DNA of 64,000 nt from Nitrosopumilus sp. (GCA_965206745.1 OZ242220.1:640001-704000), one strand, 5' to 3'. Numbered from the stretch's first letter, positions 1-10,848 are shown. Translations and numbers: made by a program. Notes: generated from the letters alone by a model not told the origin.

Positions 1-538
1 CCCTTGGCGGTCTCTTGACTAATTCTTGCAGATAGTAAATTCTGTCGTGCGGACTGTCTGTAATGTCTCTGATCTCAAAAACTGCCTCCATCGCATCTTT
101 GTCTTTGAGGGGCATCACACCCCTTCCCCAGCTGCCGATGACCGGCTTGATGACTAGCGGGAATCCGACCTTCTCCAGATTCTCTGCCGCACTCTGACTT
201 GAAAATGAAAAATATGTTTTGGGTGTTGGAATGTTGTTCTTCTTCAAAAGCAGTGTCATGAACATCTTGTTGCCGCAAATGTTTGCCACTTCAAACCTGT
301 TGAGTACGGGAATCTCCATGAACTCCAGGCCTGCAGTAAAGTGTAGTCCTCTAAAATAACTGACGCATCTTTCCAAAACAACGTCTCCTAAATCCAAATC
401 CTCCTTCTTGCTGTCTGTGTTAATTTGGGTGATCTTTGCATCTAGCATCAGTGCATCATGTCCCAGCTGGGATGCCTCCTTTTGGAGCATCTTTTCTTCG
501 GCCCTTAGGCGGTCAAAGACAATACAGACTTTTGACAT
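1..538 (-). CDS. lysX: LysX/ArgX RimK-family ATP-grasp ligase (5' part; runs off window start)
   Basis: Manually translated: MSKVCIVFDRLRAEEKML...LERCVSYFRGLH; ATG overlaps the lysW stop (TAATG); not in ORF track because truncated. Confidence 0.9.
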   Translation of the reverse strand, partial: MSKVCIVFDRLRAEEKMLQKEASQLGHDALMLDAKITQINTDSKKEDLDLGDVVLERCVSYFRGLHFTAGLEFMEIPVLNRFEVANICGNKMFMTLLLKKNNIPTPKTYFSFSSQSAAENLEKVGFPLVIKPVIGSWGRGVMPLKDKDAMEAVFEIRDITDSPHDRIYYLQELVKRPPR

Positions 539-705
539 TACTCTCCCCAGTCTTCGCCTACTGTTTCTGCTTGCTTGAGCTCGAGATTTGATCCCTCTTT
601 TTTTGAGATTTCAAAGTCAGCGCCACAATCAGGGCAGGAGACAATCTCTCCCACTGAGGCATCGTCTGGGATGTTTAATGTTGCATCACATTCTGGACAG
701 TTCAT
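538..705 (-). CDS. lysW: LysW amino-group carrier protein, 55 aa
   Basis: MNCPECDATL...CPDCGADFE...GEDWGE: two CxxC motifs and diagnostic C-terminal EDWGE; coupled to argG (ATGA) and lysX. Confidence 0.95.
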   Translation of the reverse strand: MNCPECDATLNIPDDASVGEIVSCPDCGADFEISKKEGSNLELKQAETVGEDWGE

Positions 706-1901
706 GTTTTTGTTGACCTTTTCTTTTGTAATTTATTAGCTTCTGTTGACTGCATTCCCCACAATTCCACGAATCCTTTGGCCAATCTCTGATCAAATGT
801 TGATTCTGCCCCATAAGTTGCAATGTTGTGACTGTACAGTGAGTTGCTGGACTTTCTTCCGACAACCCTGAGGCTTCCCTTGTACATCTTTAGTTTTACT
901 GTTCCTGATACTGGCCTCTGAGATGCCTCTATGAACCCGTCCAGATCTGTTCTTAGTGGATCCTGCCACAGCCCAGAGTATACCAGATATGCCCATTCAT
1001 CGTCAATCATCGACTTGAACTTGTTTTCATGTTTGGTGTGAACCATCTTTTCCAGATCTGAGTGGGCCTCGATCAGACAAGTCGCAGCTGGTGTCTCGTA
1101 CACTTCGCGGGATTTGATCCCGACAACCCTGTCTTCAATGTGATCTACTATTCCCACACCGGCATTGCCAGCTTTTTTGTTGATGTATTCAATCAGTTTT
1201 AATGGCTCCATTGATTTGCCGTCAACCCCTATTGGCACCCCTCTGTCAAACTTGATCTCCATGTATGTCGGCTTTTCTGGCAGGTTCTTTGTCTTGACCC
1301 AAATGAATGCGTCATCTGGAGGCTCGTTGTATGGATCCTCTAGTGTCCCTCCCTCTATTGCACGTCCCCACAGGTTCTGATCAATGCTGAACCTCTTTGC
1401 CACCTTATCTATCTGTATTCCGTGCTTCTTTGCAAACTTTAGCTCTGTATCCCTGTCCAAATTCTTGTCCCTTATCGGCGCTATGATTGGAAGATCCGAA
1501 CCGGAACGCAGCGTGATGTCAAACCTGACTTGATCATTTCCCTTGCCTGAACAACCGTGTGCAAGTGATGTCACTTTTTCTTTTCTGGCAACCTCTAAAA
1601 CTTTCTCTGCAATCAGCGGTCTGGCAAGTGCAGTTGCAAGGCAGTATTTTTTCTGATAAAGGGCGTTTGCCTTTATTGACGGAAAGATATAGTCTTTGAC
1701 AAACTCCTTTCTTGCGTCAATGTTATAGTGCTTTTTTACCCCAAGTTTCCTTGCCTTGGCTGCAATCTTTTTCCAATCATCACCCTGTCCGACATCCACT
1801 GTAACTGTGATGACGTCCATATCGTGCTCGTCTTGCAGGTACTTTACAACAACTGATGTGTCCAGTCCGCCTGAGAATGCAAGAATTCCTTTTTTAGTCA
1901 T
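702..1901 (-). CDS. argG: Argininosuccinate synthase
   Basis: LAFSGGLDTS, HGCSGKGNDQVRF, SIDQNLWGR, KSREVYETP motifs; start taken at MTKKGILAF. Confidence 0.97.
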   Translation of the reverse strand: MTKKGILAFSGGLDTSVVVKYLQDEHDMDVITVTVDVGQGDDWKKIAAKARKLGVKKHYNIDARKEFVKDYIFPSIKANALYQKKYCLATALARPLIAEKVLEVARKEKVTSLAHGCSGKGNDQVRFDITLRSGSDLPIIAPIRDKNLDRDTELKFAKKHGIQIDKVAKRFSIDQNLWGRAIEGGTLEDPYNEPPDDAFIWVKTKNLPEKPTYMEIKFDRGVPIGVDGKSMEPLKLIEYINKKAGNAGVGIVDHIEDRVVGIKSREVYETPAATCLIEAHSDLEKMVHTKHENKFKSMIDDEWAYLVYSGLWQDPLRTDLDGFIEASQRPVSGTVKLKMYKGSLRVVGRKSSNSLYSHNIATYGAESTFDQRLAKGFVELWGMQSTEANKLQKKRSTKT

Positions 1902-2033
1902 AAAACACATTTTACGTCGTATTTTGGAATTTATCTTTTGTGATAGGCTCAATCCAGATAATTTTTTGAAAATTTCTGACTAGCTTGAGCTAAAATTCGA
2001 TGATTATTTAACCGCCAAATATAACGCTGTTTT

Positions 2034-3056
2034 ATGAAGATTCGTCTGATAGTCTCTGCAAGCATCGGAGTTGCATTGCTTGCCATACTGGCAACTGTAC
2101 TTGGTCCTGATGATGCCTCCGATGAGCATACGCTCCGAGTCGCCTACTTTCCAAATATCGGACACGCTATCCCGATAGTGGGTGTGGAGCAGGGATTTTT
2201 CCAAGACGGTCTTGGCGATCAGGCAAAAATTCAGACTCGTGTCTTTGATAGTGGCCCCCAGGCAATAGAGTCCCTGTTTGCCAACTCTATTGATCTGGCA
2301 TACGTCGGACCTGGCCCTGCAATCAATGGATTTTTAAATTCTAAAGATAATAACGTAAAGATTCTTGCAGGTGCAGCCAGTGGCGGTGCCAGCTTTATAG
2401 TTCATCCTGAATCTGAAATAAACAACGCGACTGATTTTGCCGGGAAGAAGATTGCCGTCCCCCAGATTGGCAACACCCAGGATGTCTCCCTGCGCCATTA
2501 CCTGTCTGAAAACGGACTAAAGGTTGCCGAAAAAGGAGGCTCTGTAATAGTTTACAACATTCCAAACCCTGACATTTACACACTATTTGTAAAGGGGGAC
2601 ATTGATGGCGCATGGGTTCCGGAACCTTGGGCTACCATCCTGGAGATACAACTAAACGGGAAACGATTGTTCCATGAGGAGGAACTTTGGCCAAACCATG
2701 AATTTGCATCCGTTCTCCTCATTGGCAACGCAGATTTTGTAGACAGAAATCCCCAACTAGTTGCATCTCTGCTAAGCTCCCATCACAATACTGCAGGCTG
2801 GATCAACCAAAACCCTGTTGAGACTAGGATTGTTTTCAATGATTTTCTGGATTCCTACCTGGGCCAATCCCTGCCTGATGATGTTGTAGATACTGCCTTG
2901 TCAAACCTGGCAATCACTGCAGATCCCTTGCCTGATTCCATTGATTCATTTGCACAAAAAGCAGACGAATTGGGATACCTTGGAAGAAATGGATATGATT
3001 TGTCTGGTATTTTTTATTACGCTGATGCAAATTCCCTTCAAGGAGATGAACCCTAG
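2034..3056 (+). CDS. ABC transporter substrate-binding protein (nitrate/sulfonate/taurine family)
   Basis: N-terminal TM/signal, LRVAYFPNIGHA, YVGPGPAIN, WVPEPWA; first gene of ABC operon. Confidence 0.88.
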   Translation: MKIRLIVSASIGVALLAILATVLGPDDASDEHTLRVAYFPNIGHAIPIVGVEQGFFQDGLGDQAKIQTRVFDSGPQAIESLFANSIDLAYVGPGPAINGFLNSKDNNVKILAGAASGGASFIVHPESEINNATDFAGKKIAVPQIGNTQDVSLRHYLSENGLKVAEKGGSVIVYNIPNPDIYTLFVKGDIDGAWVPEPWATILEIQLNGKRLFHEEELWPNHEFASVLLIGNADFVDRNPQLVASLLSSHHNTAGWINQNPVETRIVFNDFLDSYLGQSLPDDVVDTALSNLAITADPLPDSIDSFAQKADELGYLGRNGYDLSGIFYYADANSLQGDEP

Positions 3057-3821
3057 ATGACCAAACTTGAGGCAAAAAATATTGTAAAATATTTCAATCA
3101 TGACTCTCACAAACTCAAGGCACTCGGTGGCGTGAATCTAAAGGTTCAGGCAGGCGATTTTGTCTGTTTGGTCGGCCCTTCAGGCTGTGGAAAGTCCACC
3201 TTTTTACGCATAGTTGCAGGCCTGGAGAAGCCCGATGAGGGACAGATTCTCTTTGATGGTCACAATGTGACTGAGACTGGCCCTGAAAGAATCATGGTGT
3301 TCCAGGAGGGTGCCCTGTTCCCGTGGCTGAAGGTTCAGGATAATGTGGAGTTTGGACTAAAGATGGCCGGCATTCCAAAAGAGGAGAGGGCAAAGATATC
3401 CCACAGATACTTGGATATGATGCAGCTCACCAAGTTTGCAGACTCGTACACTTATCAGCTTTCAACTGGAATGAAGCAACGCGTAGCTATTGCCAGAGCT
3501 CTTGTGATGGATCCTGACGTGTTGCTAATGGACGAACCCTTTGCCGCACTTGATGCACAAACCCGTGATCTGCTGTTAGTTGAGATGCAATTGATATGGG
3601 AGAAGACAAAAAAGACCATCCTGTTTGTGACTCATAATGTCTCAGAAGCCGCAGTTCTTGGTACCAAAGTGGCAATATTTAGCAACCGCCCATCATTCAT
3701 CAAGAGGGAGGTTGACAATGACTTTCCCAGACCTAGGATAACTGACGATGAATCGTTACTCAAATTTCAGCAAGACATCTTGGCAGAACTCAGACCCGAG
3801 GTAAAGAAGAATAAAGAGTGA
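3057..3821 (+). CDS. ABC transporter ATP-binding protein (SsuB/TauB-like)
   Basis: Walker A GPSGCGKS, signature LSTGMKQR, LLMDEPF. Confidence 0.92.
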   Translation: MTKLEAKNIVKYFNHDSHKLKALGGVNLKVQAGDFVCLVGPSGCGKSTFLRIVAGLEKPDEGQILFDGHNVTETGPERIMVFQEGALFPWLKVQDNVEFGLKMAGIPKEERAKISHRYLDMMQLTKFADSYTYQLSTGMKQRVAIARALVMDPDVLLMDEPFAALDAQTRDLLLVEMQLIWEKTKKTILFVTHNVSEAAVLGTKVAIFSNRPSFIKREVDNDFPRPRITDDESLLKFQQDILAELRPEVKKNKE

Positions 3822-3826
3822 TAGTT

Positions 3827-4585
3827 ATGGCAAAGAGTTTCACGCTTCATAGAATTGTATTTTACATTGGGATCATTGCGGCCTGGCAGATAACTGCAAT
3901 GTCTGGCGTATGGCCTGATAACATCTTCCCGTCCCCCTATGAGGTGGCCGAAGATTTGGCATACGGTGCAACAGACGGCAGCCTGTTTTATGGCATTGCA
4001 ACTAGCATGCTGAGGCTGTCAATCGGACTCGGAATTGCAATAGTCGGCGGAGTCATACTTGGAATATTTATGGCAAGGATAGAGGCCATCAATCAGACTG
4101 TCGGCTCACTAGTACTGGGACTGCAGTCCATCCCGTCGATAGCTTGGGTTCCGCTAGCAATACTCTGGTTTGGCCTAAGTGATGTCGGAATAGTCTTTGT
4201 TACGGCAATTGGGGCAATCTTTGCAGTCACCATCAACACATACACCGGAGTCAAGAATATAGATCCCCACTTTATCGAGGCTGCCAGAAACATGGGTGCA
4301 AAGGGAAGCCAGCTGATCACTGCAGTATTGATTCCGGCGGCATTCCCATACATGATTTCAGGCTTTAAACAGGGATGGGCATTTGCATGGAGGGGCCTAA
4401 TCGGTGCTGAGATCCTGTTCTCCTACCTGGGGTTGGGATTCTTGCTCAATGCTGGCCGCTCTCTAAATGACGTGTCACAGATCATTGGGGTAATGGTGAC
4501 AATCATGGCAATCGGCTTGGCAGTTGATGGCATAGTTTTCAAAAGGCTTGAAAATAAGGTAATGTCCCGTTGGGGCTTGGGATGA
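3827..4585 (+). CDS. ABC transporter permease (SsuC/TauC-like)
   Basis: Multiple TMs, EAARNMGA loop; alternative GTG start at 3818. Confidence 0.9.
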   Translation: MAKSFTLHRIVFYIGIIAAWQITAMSGVWPDNIFPSPYEVAEDLAYGATDGSLFYGIATSMLRLSIGLGIAIVGGVILGIFMARIEAINQTVGSLVLGLQSIPSIAWVPLAILWFGLSDVGIVFVTAIGAIFAVTINTYTGVKNIDPHFIEAARNMGAKGSQLITAVLIPAAFPYMISGFKQGWAFAWRGLIGAEILFSYLGLGFLLNAGRSLNDVSQIIGVMVTIMAIGLAVDGIVFKRLENKVMSRWGLG

Positions 4586-4586
4586 A

Positions 4587-5690
4587 TCACTCCCCTTTAA
4601 TTTTCAGTGCCACTGCAAATGCGCAGATGATAATCGCAATTGCAAAATACATCACTGTGGCGTAATCAAACACAAATGCAATGCTGCCGGCTATTACGGG
4701 GCCGATGACTGTTGCAATAGACAATGTAGAGCTAAATATCCCAGTCGATGTAGAGCGCGGATTGTTCTCCATCAGATGAAAATTTCCCCCGATGAACAAG
4801 AATGCCCATGTTGCACCTACAAGTGACATAAATGGCATCGCCATCCACCATTCTGTAACTGTCAAGAGCCCCACAAAGACAAATGTTGTGCATCCGATTC
4901 CTATTTTGAATTTAGTTACGTTGGATAGGTGGATTTTACTTGCCATCACGTTCATCAAAATAAACGCAGTCAGCGTATTTGCCACATATACGATTGAAAT
5001 GTGGTAAAGATCCCCTCCCCACCTTTCGACGATCATGATTGGGAGGACAGTCCACACCGCTGCAGCTCCGACATGCCTTAGTAACAGTGACAGGAACAGA
5101 AACTTGTTTTTTAAAATTATTTTCTTCGTGGTTCCAGGCGCCGTCTCTTTGGTTTGCTTGGGATTGGGCAGCTTTATCGTAAATAACAATCCTATCAAAA
5201 ATGATGCGGCACTTAGCAAAAAGATCAGCTTGAGATCATTTACAATTCCTGCAGCGGCAATGCCTGCAAGCCATCCCAATGCGTGAAACGAGATCACAGT
5301 TGCGGCCCTTTTTTTGTCAATGTTTGCCTCATAGGTGTATGCAATCATTGCAGGAATCATGATTCCGCTTGCAACCCCTGCTGCAATTCTTACCAGGAAA
5401 AATACGCCCAGATCATCTGCAAAATAGTGCAGCCCAAATGCGATGGCGCATCCCACAAAGCCTATTCTGATGAATTTGAGCCTGGTTCCCTTTTTGTCTG
5501 AATGCCTTCCAAAGTAGATCTCAGATAGAATTTGTGCAAAGCTAAATGATGCTACCAGCAACCCTATCTCGAAGATGGACTCTGTCACATCCCTTGCAAT
5601 TATGGGCATGAAGACGAAGATTATCGAGATTCCGGCATGCTGAAAAAAAGTGGCACTACGAACTAGATTGTTGACTGGTAACTTTTGCAT
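4587..5690 (-). CDS. MFS transporter
   Basis: ~12 hydrophobic segments, motif A-like GRHSDKKG. Confidence 0.85.
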   Translation of the reverse strand: MQKLPVNNLVRSATFFQHAGISIIFVFMPIIARDVTESIFEIGLLVASFSFAQILSEIYFGRHSDKKGTRLKFIRIGFVGCAIAFGLHYFADDLGVFFLVRIAAGVASGIMIPAMIAYTYEANIDKKRAATVISFHALGWLAGIAAAGIVNDLKLIFLLSAASFLIGLLFTIKLPNPKQTKETAPGTTKKIILKNKFLFLSLLLRHVGAAAVWTVLPIMIVERWGGDLYHISIVYVANTLTAFILMNVMASKIHLSNVTKFKIGIGCTTFVFVGLLTVTEWWMAMPFMSLVGATWAFLFIGGNFHLMENNPRSTSTGIFSSTLSIATVIGPVIAGSIAFVFDYATVMYFAIAIIICAFAVALKIKGE

Positions 5691-5801
5691 AAATGTACAA
5701 AGCGTTGGCCCTGTCCTAATTTCAACATACGTGTCAATAATACACTTCCCTGTGGTTTTTCTGAAAAGAGTTAAACTGTGTCAAGGTGTCTCTGAATCAA
5801 G

Positions 5802-6764
5802 TTGGCAGAAAAAGAACCGTTCCTTGATGCAATGAAGAGTCGCATATTGCTATTTGATGGTGCGATGGGAACTGAAATCCAGAGACACGACCCAAAGCCT
5901 GAAGACTTTCCAAATGATCAAGATGGGTTCAATGACGGTCTGGTAATCACACATCCTGAATGGATCAAACAAATTCACCGGAACTATTTGGATGCCGGCT
6001 CTGACTGTATAGAAACCAACTCCTTTGGCTCAAACAAAATTAAACTTGACGAGTACGGTTTTGGTGATCAAACCATTGAATTTAATAGAAAAATTGCATC
6101 ACTTGCATCCAAAGTCTGCGCAGAGTACTCTGACAAACCCCGATATGTGGTCGGCTCCATGGGCCCGACTGGATATCTACCAAGCTCAAACGATCCTGAT
6201 CTTGGTCAAAAGCCCCTTGATGAAATCAGAGAGGCATTCGAGTTACAGGCTGAGGGATTAATTATTGGTGGTGCTGATGCACTGCTTGTTGAGACAAGCC
6301 AAGACATTCTGGAGGTCAAACTAGTCATCGAGGCATGTCACAATGCCATGCAAAAAACTGGCAAAAAAGTCCCCGTCATTGCAAACATCACTTTGGATCA
6401 ATACGGAAAGATGCTGCTTGGCACAACTACTCAGGCCGCATACACGACTGTCTCTGATATGGGAATTGATGTCTTTGGGCTGAATTGCTCAACTGGTCCA
6501 ATTGAGATGACCCCCAGTGTCCAGTGGTTAGATGAGCAAGACGAACATGGGATATTGGTAGTGCCAAACGCTGGGATGCCTGAAAACGATGGCGGACAGG
6601 CAGTTTACAAAATGACGCCTGAAAAGATGGGTGATGCCTTGGGTGATTTTCTTAACCAGTACAAAAAAGTCAGAATCATTGGCGGTTGCTGTGGGACCAA
6701 TCCTGAGCACATCAGGGTCTTGAGGAAAGTAATTGACGAAAAAGCCAACTCCATCAAGGGTTAA
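5802..6764 (+). CDS. metH: Methionine synthase, homocysteine-binding (S-methyltransferase) subunit
   Basis: LLFDGAMGT, GLNCSTGP, GGCCGT zinc motif; TTG start. Confidence 0.93.
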   Translation: MAEKEPFLDAMKSRILLFDGAMGTEIQRHDPKPEDFPNDQDGFNDGLVITHPEWIKQIHRNYLDAGSDCIETNSFGSNKIKLDEYGFGDQTIEFNRKIASLASKVCAEYSDKPRYVVGSMGPTGYLPSSNDPDLGQKPLDEIREAFELQAEGLIIGGADALLVETSQDILEVKLVIEACHNAMQKTGKKVPVIANITLDQYGKMLLGTTTQAAYTTVSDMGIDVFGLNCSTGPIEMTPSVQWLDEQDEHGILVVPNAGMPENDGGQAVYKMTPEKMGDALGDFLNQYKKVRIIGGCCGTNPEHIRVLRKVIDEKANSIKG

Positions 6765-6796
6765 GTATTTACAAAAACAGATGTGATCTTACTACG

Positions 6797-9295
6797 TTGA
6801 CGGTTCCAAGAGTAAGTTCTGCCCTGAAGGCAGTCGATCTAAGACAGGTTCCCGCGCCGCTAATCATTGGGGAGAGAATCAACACCCAGGGTTCCCGCAA
6901 GGCAAAGAATCTGGTCCTTGCCGATGACTATGACGGGCTAGTTGATTTGGGAAGAATCCAGGTTGAGGATGGCGCCCACTGTCTTGATGTCTGTGTCGCA
7001 ACTACAGAACGTGCAGACGAGTATGAATTTATGCTAAATTTGATAAAACGACTGAGCTTGGAGGTTGAGGCCCCTCTTGTAATTGACTCCACAGATCCCA
7101 AAGTCATCGAGGCTGCAGTAATGCAAATTCCTGGAAGACCGATAATCAACTCAATAAATCTCGAAGGCGATGGCAGCAGATTTGAAAAGCTGGCCCCTAT
7201 AATGGCAAAGTACGGGTTGCCTGCAGTCGCTTTGTGTATCGGGCCTGAGGGTATGGCCAAAACCCCTCAACAAAAGGTTGACACAGCAGAACTGCTTTAT
7301 GAGACGGGAAAACGCTATGGATTGAAAATTGAGCAGTTCATTTTTGACGTCATCACATTTACTCTGGCAACAGGCCAGGATGAATTCCTTGATGCTGGCA
7401 AAAACACTCTTGAAGGAATCAGACTAGTCAAAGAAAAATTCCCAGAATGTTTTACTACCTTGGGTCTGAGCAACATCAGCTTTGGCCTTGCACCCTATGC
7501 TAGAAAAATTATCAACTCTGCATTTTTGCATCATGCTGTAAAAAATGGCCTTGACAGTGCAATAGTTAACGCAAAAGAGATTGTCCCTTATGGTGAAATT
7601 GATGAGAAAGAGAAAAAACTTGCAGACGATCTAATCTTCAATGCCCATCCAAATGCCTTGTCTGACTTGATAACGTACTTTGAGAATGCGGGATCTCAAA
7701 GTGGCACTGCCTCCAAGAAAACAGATGTGGATCCTTTGTGGCCTGCAGGACGGCGTGCAAACTTTAGGATTGTCAATCGACTCAAGGATGGGATTCAAAA
7801 TGACGTGGTCTGTGCAATCGCAGAAAAACTTGGGAGAAACGACCTTCTCAAGGATGTCAGTGGAACTCTGTCCGTTGATGCGCCAAAAGAGATCACGCAT
7901 GATGCCGCAATCAAGGTTCTCAACGAAGATCTGCTTCCTGCCATGAAGGAGGTCGGGGACAAATTTGGCGCAGGCGAGCTAATTTTGCCCTTTGTTCTAA
8001 AGTCTGCCGAATGCATGAAGGCATCAGTGGGCGAATTGGAGAAGTATCTGGTAAAAGAGGAGGGTACAAGCAAGGGCATCCTTGTTTTGGGGACTGTTTA
8101 TGGTGACGTACATGACATTGGCAAGAATCTTGTAAAGACGATTTTTCAAAATAATGGATACACTGTACATGATTTGGGAAAGCAGGTTCCGTTACAAAAG
8201 TTCCTTGAAAAAATTGATCAAACAAAGCCTGATGCCATAGGACTATCGGCATTGTTGGTATCCACATCAAAGCAGATGAGGTTGTTTGTAGAACATGCCA
8301 GAAAGAACGGCATGGATGTCCCGATTCTTTGTGGTGGTGCGGCAATTAACAGCAACTATATCAACAGGATAGCAAAGGATGATGGGATTTACGGGCCTGG
8401 CGTATTTTACTGCAATACCATGTTTGAGGGCCTCAAAACAATGGATGCTCTGGTTTCAGATCAAAAACCAAAACTCTTAGCTGATTGGAAGGAGAAACTG
8501 GAGAACTGGAAGGAGAAATCAGTCGTATCAGTAGATCCTAGCACACTTCCAAAAAGTGAGATTAAGCCGGTTCAACCTCCTGTTCCAAAAGTAATTGGAG
8601 AGCCAATCCGGCTAAAGCTAGATCAAATCAACATGGGTCAAGTTTGGGACCTGATTGATAAGAAATCCCTATTCAAATTATCGTGGGGACTGAGGGGAAA
8701 GGCAGGTTCTGAATCTGAGGCCGAACATGAACAGCTGCTAACAGAATGGAAGATGAGGATAATCAGAGAAGGACTCTTTGAGCCTGAAATTGTTTACGGA
8801 TATTTCAAATGCCACAACAAGGATCGAAAATTACTAGTTGAGAATCCTGCCGGTGATGACGTTGAATTGGAATTTCCACGTTCTACCCGGCCTGAGCATC
8901 TGTGTCTGACTGATTATTTTGGAGATGATGATGTGGTTGCATTTCAGTCTGTAACTGTGGGAAATAAGGTGGCAGATATCATTGAGCAATGGAATAAGGA
9001 GGACAAGTATACTGATGCGTACTATCTGCATGGACTGGCAGTAGAAGTTGCAGAAGCATTGGCTGAATGGGTAAATCAGAGAATCAAGACTGAGCTGAAT
9101 TTGGAAAGAGGCGGTTTAAGGTATAGCTGGGGATTCCCTAGCTGCCCTGATGTGTCCCAGCACCATCTGGTATGGAAACTGCTACAGCCTGAAAAGTCTG
9201 GAATGGTTTTGACTGAATCTGGACAAATTATCCCTGAACAGTCCACTGCGGCCATTGTGATTCATCATCCAGACGCAAAATACTTTGTCACCTAA
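6797..9295 (+). CDS. metH: Methionine synthase, pterin-binding + B12-binding + reactivation subunit
   Basis: IIGERIN, GDVHDIGKNLV cobalamin motif, RYSWGFPSCPD reactivation domain. Confidence 0.94.
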   Translation: MTVPRVSSALKAVDLRQVPAPLIIGERINTQGSRKAKNLVLADDYDGLVDLGRIQVEDGAHCLDVCVATTERADEYEFMLNLIKRLSLEVEAPLVIDSTDPKVIEAAVMQIPGRPIINSINLEGDGSRFEKLAPIMAKYGLPAVALCIGPEGMAKTPQQKVDTAELLYETGKRYGLKIEQFIFDVITFTLATGQDEFLDAGKNTLEGIRLVKEKFPECFTTLGLSNISFGLAPYARKIINSAFLHHAVKNGLDSAIVNAKEIVPYGEIDEKEKKLADDLIFNAHPNALSDLITYFENAGSQSGTASKKTDVDPLWPAGRRANFRIVNRLKDGIQNDVVCAIAEKLGRNDLLKDVSGTLSVDAPKEITHDAAIKVLNEDLLPAMKEVGDKFGAGELILPFVLKSAECMKASVGELEKYLVKEEGTSKGILVLGTVYGDVHDIGKNLVKTIFQNNGYTVHDLGKQVPLQKFLEKIDQTKPDAIGLSALLVSTSKQMRLFVEHARKNGMDVPILCGGAAINSNYINRIAKDDGIYGPGVFYCNTMFEGLKTMDALVSDQKPKLLADWKEKLENWKEKSVVSVDPSTLPKSEIKPVQPPVPKVIGEPIRLKLDQINMGQVWDLIDKKSLFKLSWGLRGKAGSESEAEHEQLLTEWKMRIIREGLFEPEIVYGYFKCHNKDRKLLVENPAGDDVELEFPRSTRPEHLCLTDYFGDDDVVAFQSVTVGNKVADIIEQWNKEDKYTDAYYLHGLAVEVAEALAEWVNQRIKTELNLERGGLRYSWGFPSCPDVSQHHLVWKLLQPEKSGMVLTESGQIIPEQSTAAIVIHHPDAKYFVT

Positions 9296-10029
9296 TTAGA
9301 TAATTTTTCTAAAAACCCATCCAATCCGCCAAAGTCGCTAGGTGATGTGATTAATACATCCCCTGTTATTTGATGTGTTTTGTGTAGCATCTCTTCAAAC
9401 TCTTGACTGTATGACTCTAAATCCAAATTCAAAAACTTTGCAGATTTCTCATTCTTAGGCGACGGGTACAGCAGAATTGGAATTATGGCAAACCCTTCAA
9501 GATTCTTTGCTAGATTTTGAACCTGCTCTATGTTTTGAATAACCTGCGTCATGAATCCCTTGGGCCTTGCATCTATCTTCTTTCTGATTTTGGAAAAATT
9601 GGGCTTGTTTGATATTGAAAGATACAAATCGATTTTTGAATCCATTCCCTGATCTCTTAACCTCTTTACTGTCAAACTTGGAATCTGACCTGAATCTGCC
9701 TTTCCTGTTTGCGAAGGATCTCCCATCAGTACCAGAATCCCTGAAAATCCTATGGAGATGCAGTTTTCTACGAATTCTGAAATCTCGTCCTCATCTTTGT
9801 CCCTAACTCTTAGGCTGATGGTAATTGGCAAACCTGGAATTTCCTCTTTGATGATTTTTCCAACTTTGATAGGTGAGACTCTTTGTAATCCCAACACATT
9901 TTCTGTCAGGTGTATTGCATCACATTTTTTTGAAATGATTTTTATCTTATCTACAAATCTTCGAATTGATTCATCTGTGTCCGTACCCGGCAGAATTTTG
10001 GGCGGGTTGGCTTCGTATCTTATCGTCAT
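9292..10029 (-). CDS. metF: Methylenetetrahydrofolate reductase-like protein
   Basis: YEANPPK N-terminus, LVLMGDP, FMTQ motifs of MTHFR fold; adjacent to metH; start at MTIRYE. Confidence 0.72.
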   Translation of the reverse strand: MTIRYEANPPKILPGTDTDESIRRFVDKIKIISKKCDAIHLTENVLGLQRVSPIKVGKIIKEEIPGLPITISLRVRDKDEDEISEFVENCISIGFSGILVLMGDPSQTGKADSGQIPSLTVKRLRDQGMDSKIDLYLSISNKPNFSKIRKKIDARPKGFMTQVIQNIEQVQNLAKNLEGFAIIPILLYPSPKNEKSAKFLNLDLESYSQEFEEMLHKTHQITGDVLITSPSDFGGLDGFLEKLSN

Positions 10030-10103
10030 ATTTTCAGTTCTTCTATCCTTGGTTAAAACCTTTGAATACCAAAACCCATATGGAATAGTGGGATAGAACA
10101 CCG

Positions 10104-10652
10104 ATGCTCTTAGATGATTTAAAATCCAGTCTCTCTACTTTGATTAATCCTAAAATTGAATCAGATGGGAAATATCGCTTGGCATCAATACTTGTAGTAA
10201 TTTATGGCCAAGAACCGATTGTTATAATGACTGAAAAACCAAGACATATGAAATTTCATGCAGGTGAAATCTCATTCCCCGGCGGAAAGCTGGATTCTGG
10301 CGATTCGGATCTTTTGGAAACTGCATTACGTGAAACACGTGAGGAGATTGGACTGACAATTTCTAAAGAGCAAGTAGTTGGTCAACTAGACCCTGTCGTG
10401 ACTCTAAATTCTGGATTTTTAATTTTACCATTTATCTCAGTTGTAAATAAAATTCCCAAACTGCATGCAAACTCTGAAGTCGAAAAGATTTTTCACATTC
10501 CTTTGGAGTCGTTTTTAAAAACCCAGGCAAGGGATCCAGATCCATCTCACAATCTAATTCAGGAAATGTATACTTTTGAATATCAAAATCAAATTGTATG
10601 GGGTGCTTCTGCAAGAATCTTAAAACAGATTCAAGATTGCCTGAAATCCTGA
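10104..10652 (+). CDS. Nudix hydrolase, CoA pyrophosphatase type
   Basis: HAGEISFPGGK...ALRETREEIG Nudix box, IVWGASA. Confidence 0.9.
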   Translation: MLLDDLKSSLSTLINPKIESDGKYRLASILVVIYGQEPIVIMTEKPRHMKFHAGEISFPGGKLDSGDSDLLETALRETREEIGLTISKEQVVGQLDPVVTLNSGFLILPFISVVNKIPKLHANSEVEKIFHIPLESFLKTQARDPDPSHNLIQEMYTFEYQNQIVWGASARILKQIQDCLKS

Positions 10653-10689
10653 GATTCATTTAAAAAGAGCTCTTCGTGCCTGAAAATCT

Positions 10690-10848
10690 ATGGCTGCGCG
10701 CAAGTCCTCTCCAAGGAAAATCCGTCTACTCAAAAAGACTAGACAGACATCAGCAGTACCTGCATGGATTATTCTCAAAACCAAGAGAGGTGTAAGGACG
10801 AATCCAAAACGCAGAGCTTGGAGATCAACTGATGTGGAGGTCGGATAG
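10690..10848 (+). CDS. rpl39e: 50S ribosomal protein L39e, 52 aa
   Basis: Manually translated MAARKSSPRKIRLLKKTRQTSAVPAWIILKTKRGVRTNPKRRAWRSTDVEVG; abuts rpl31e. Confidence 0.93.
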   Translation: MAARKSSPRKIRLLKKTRQTSAVPAWIILKTKRGVRTNPKRRAWRSTDVEVG

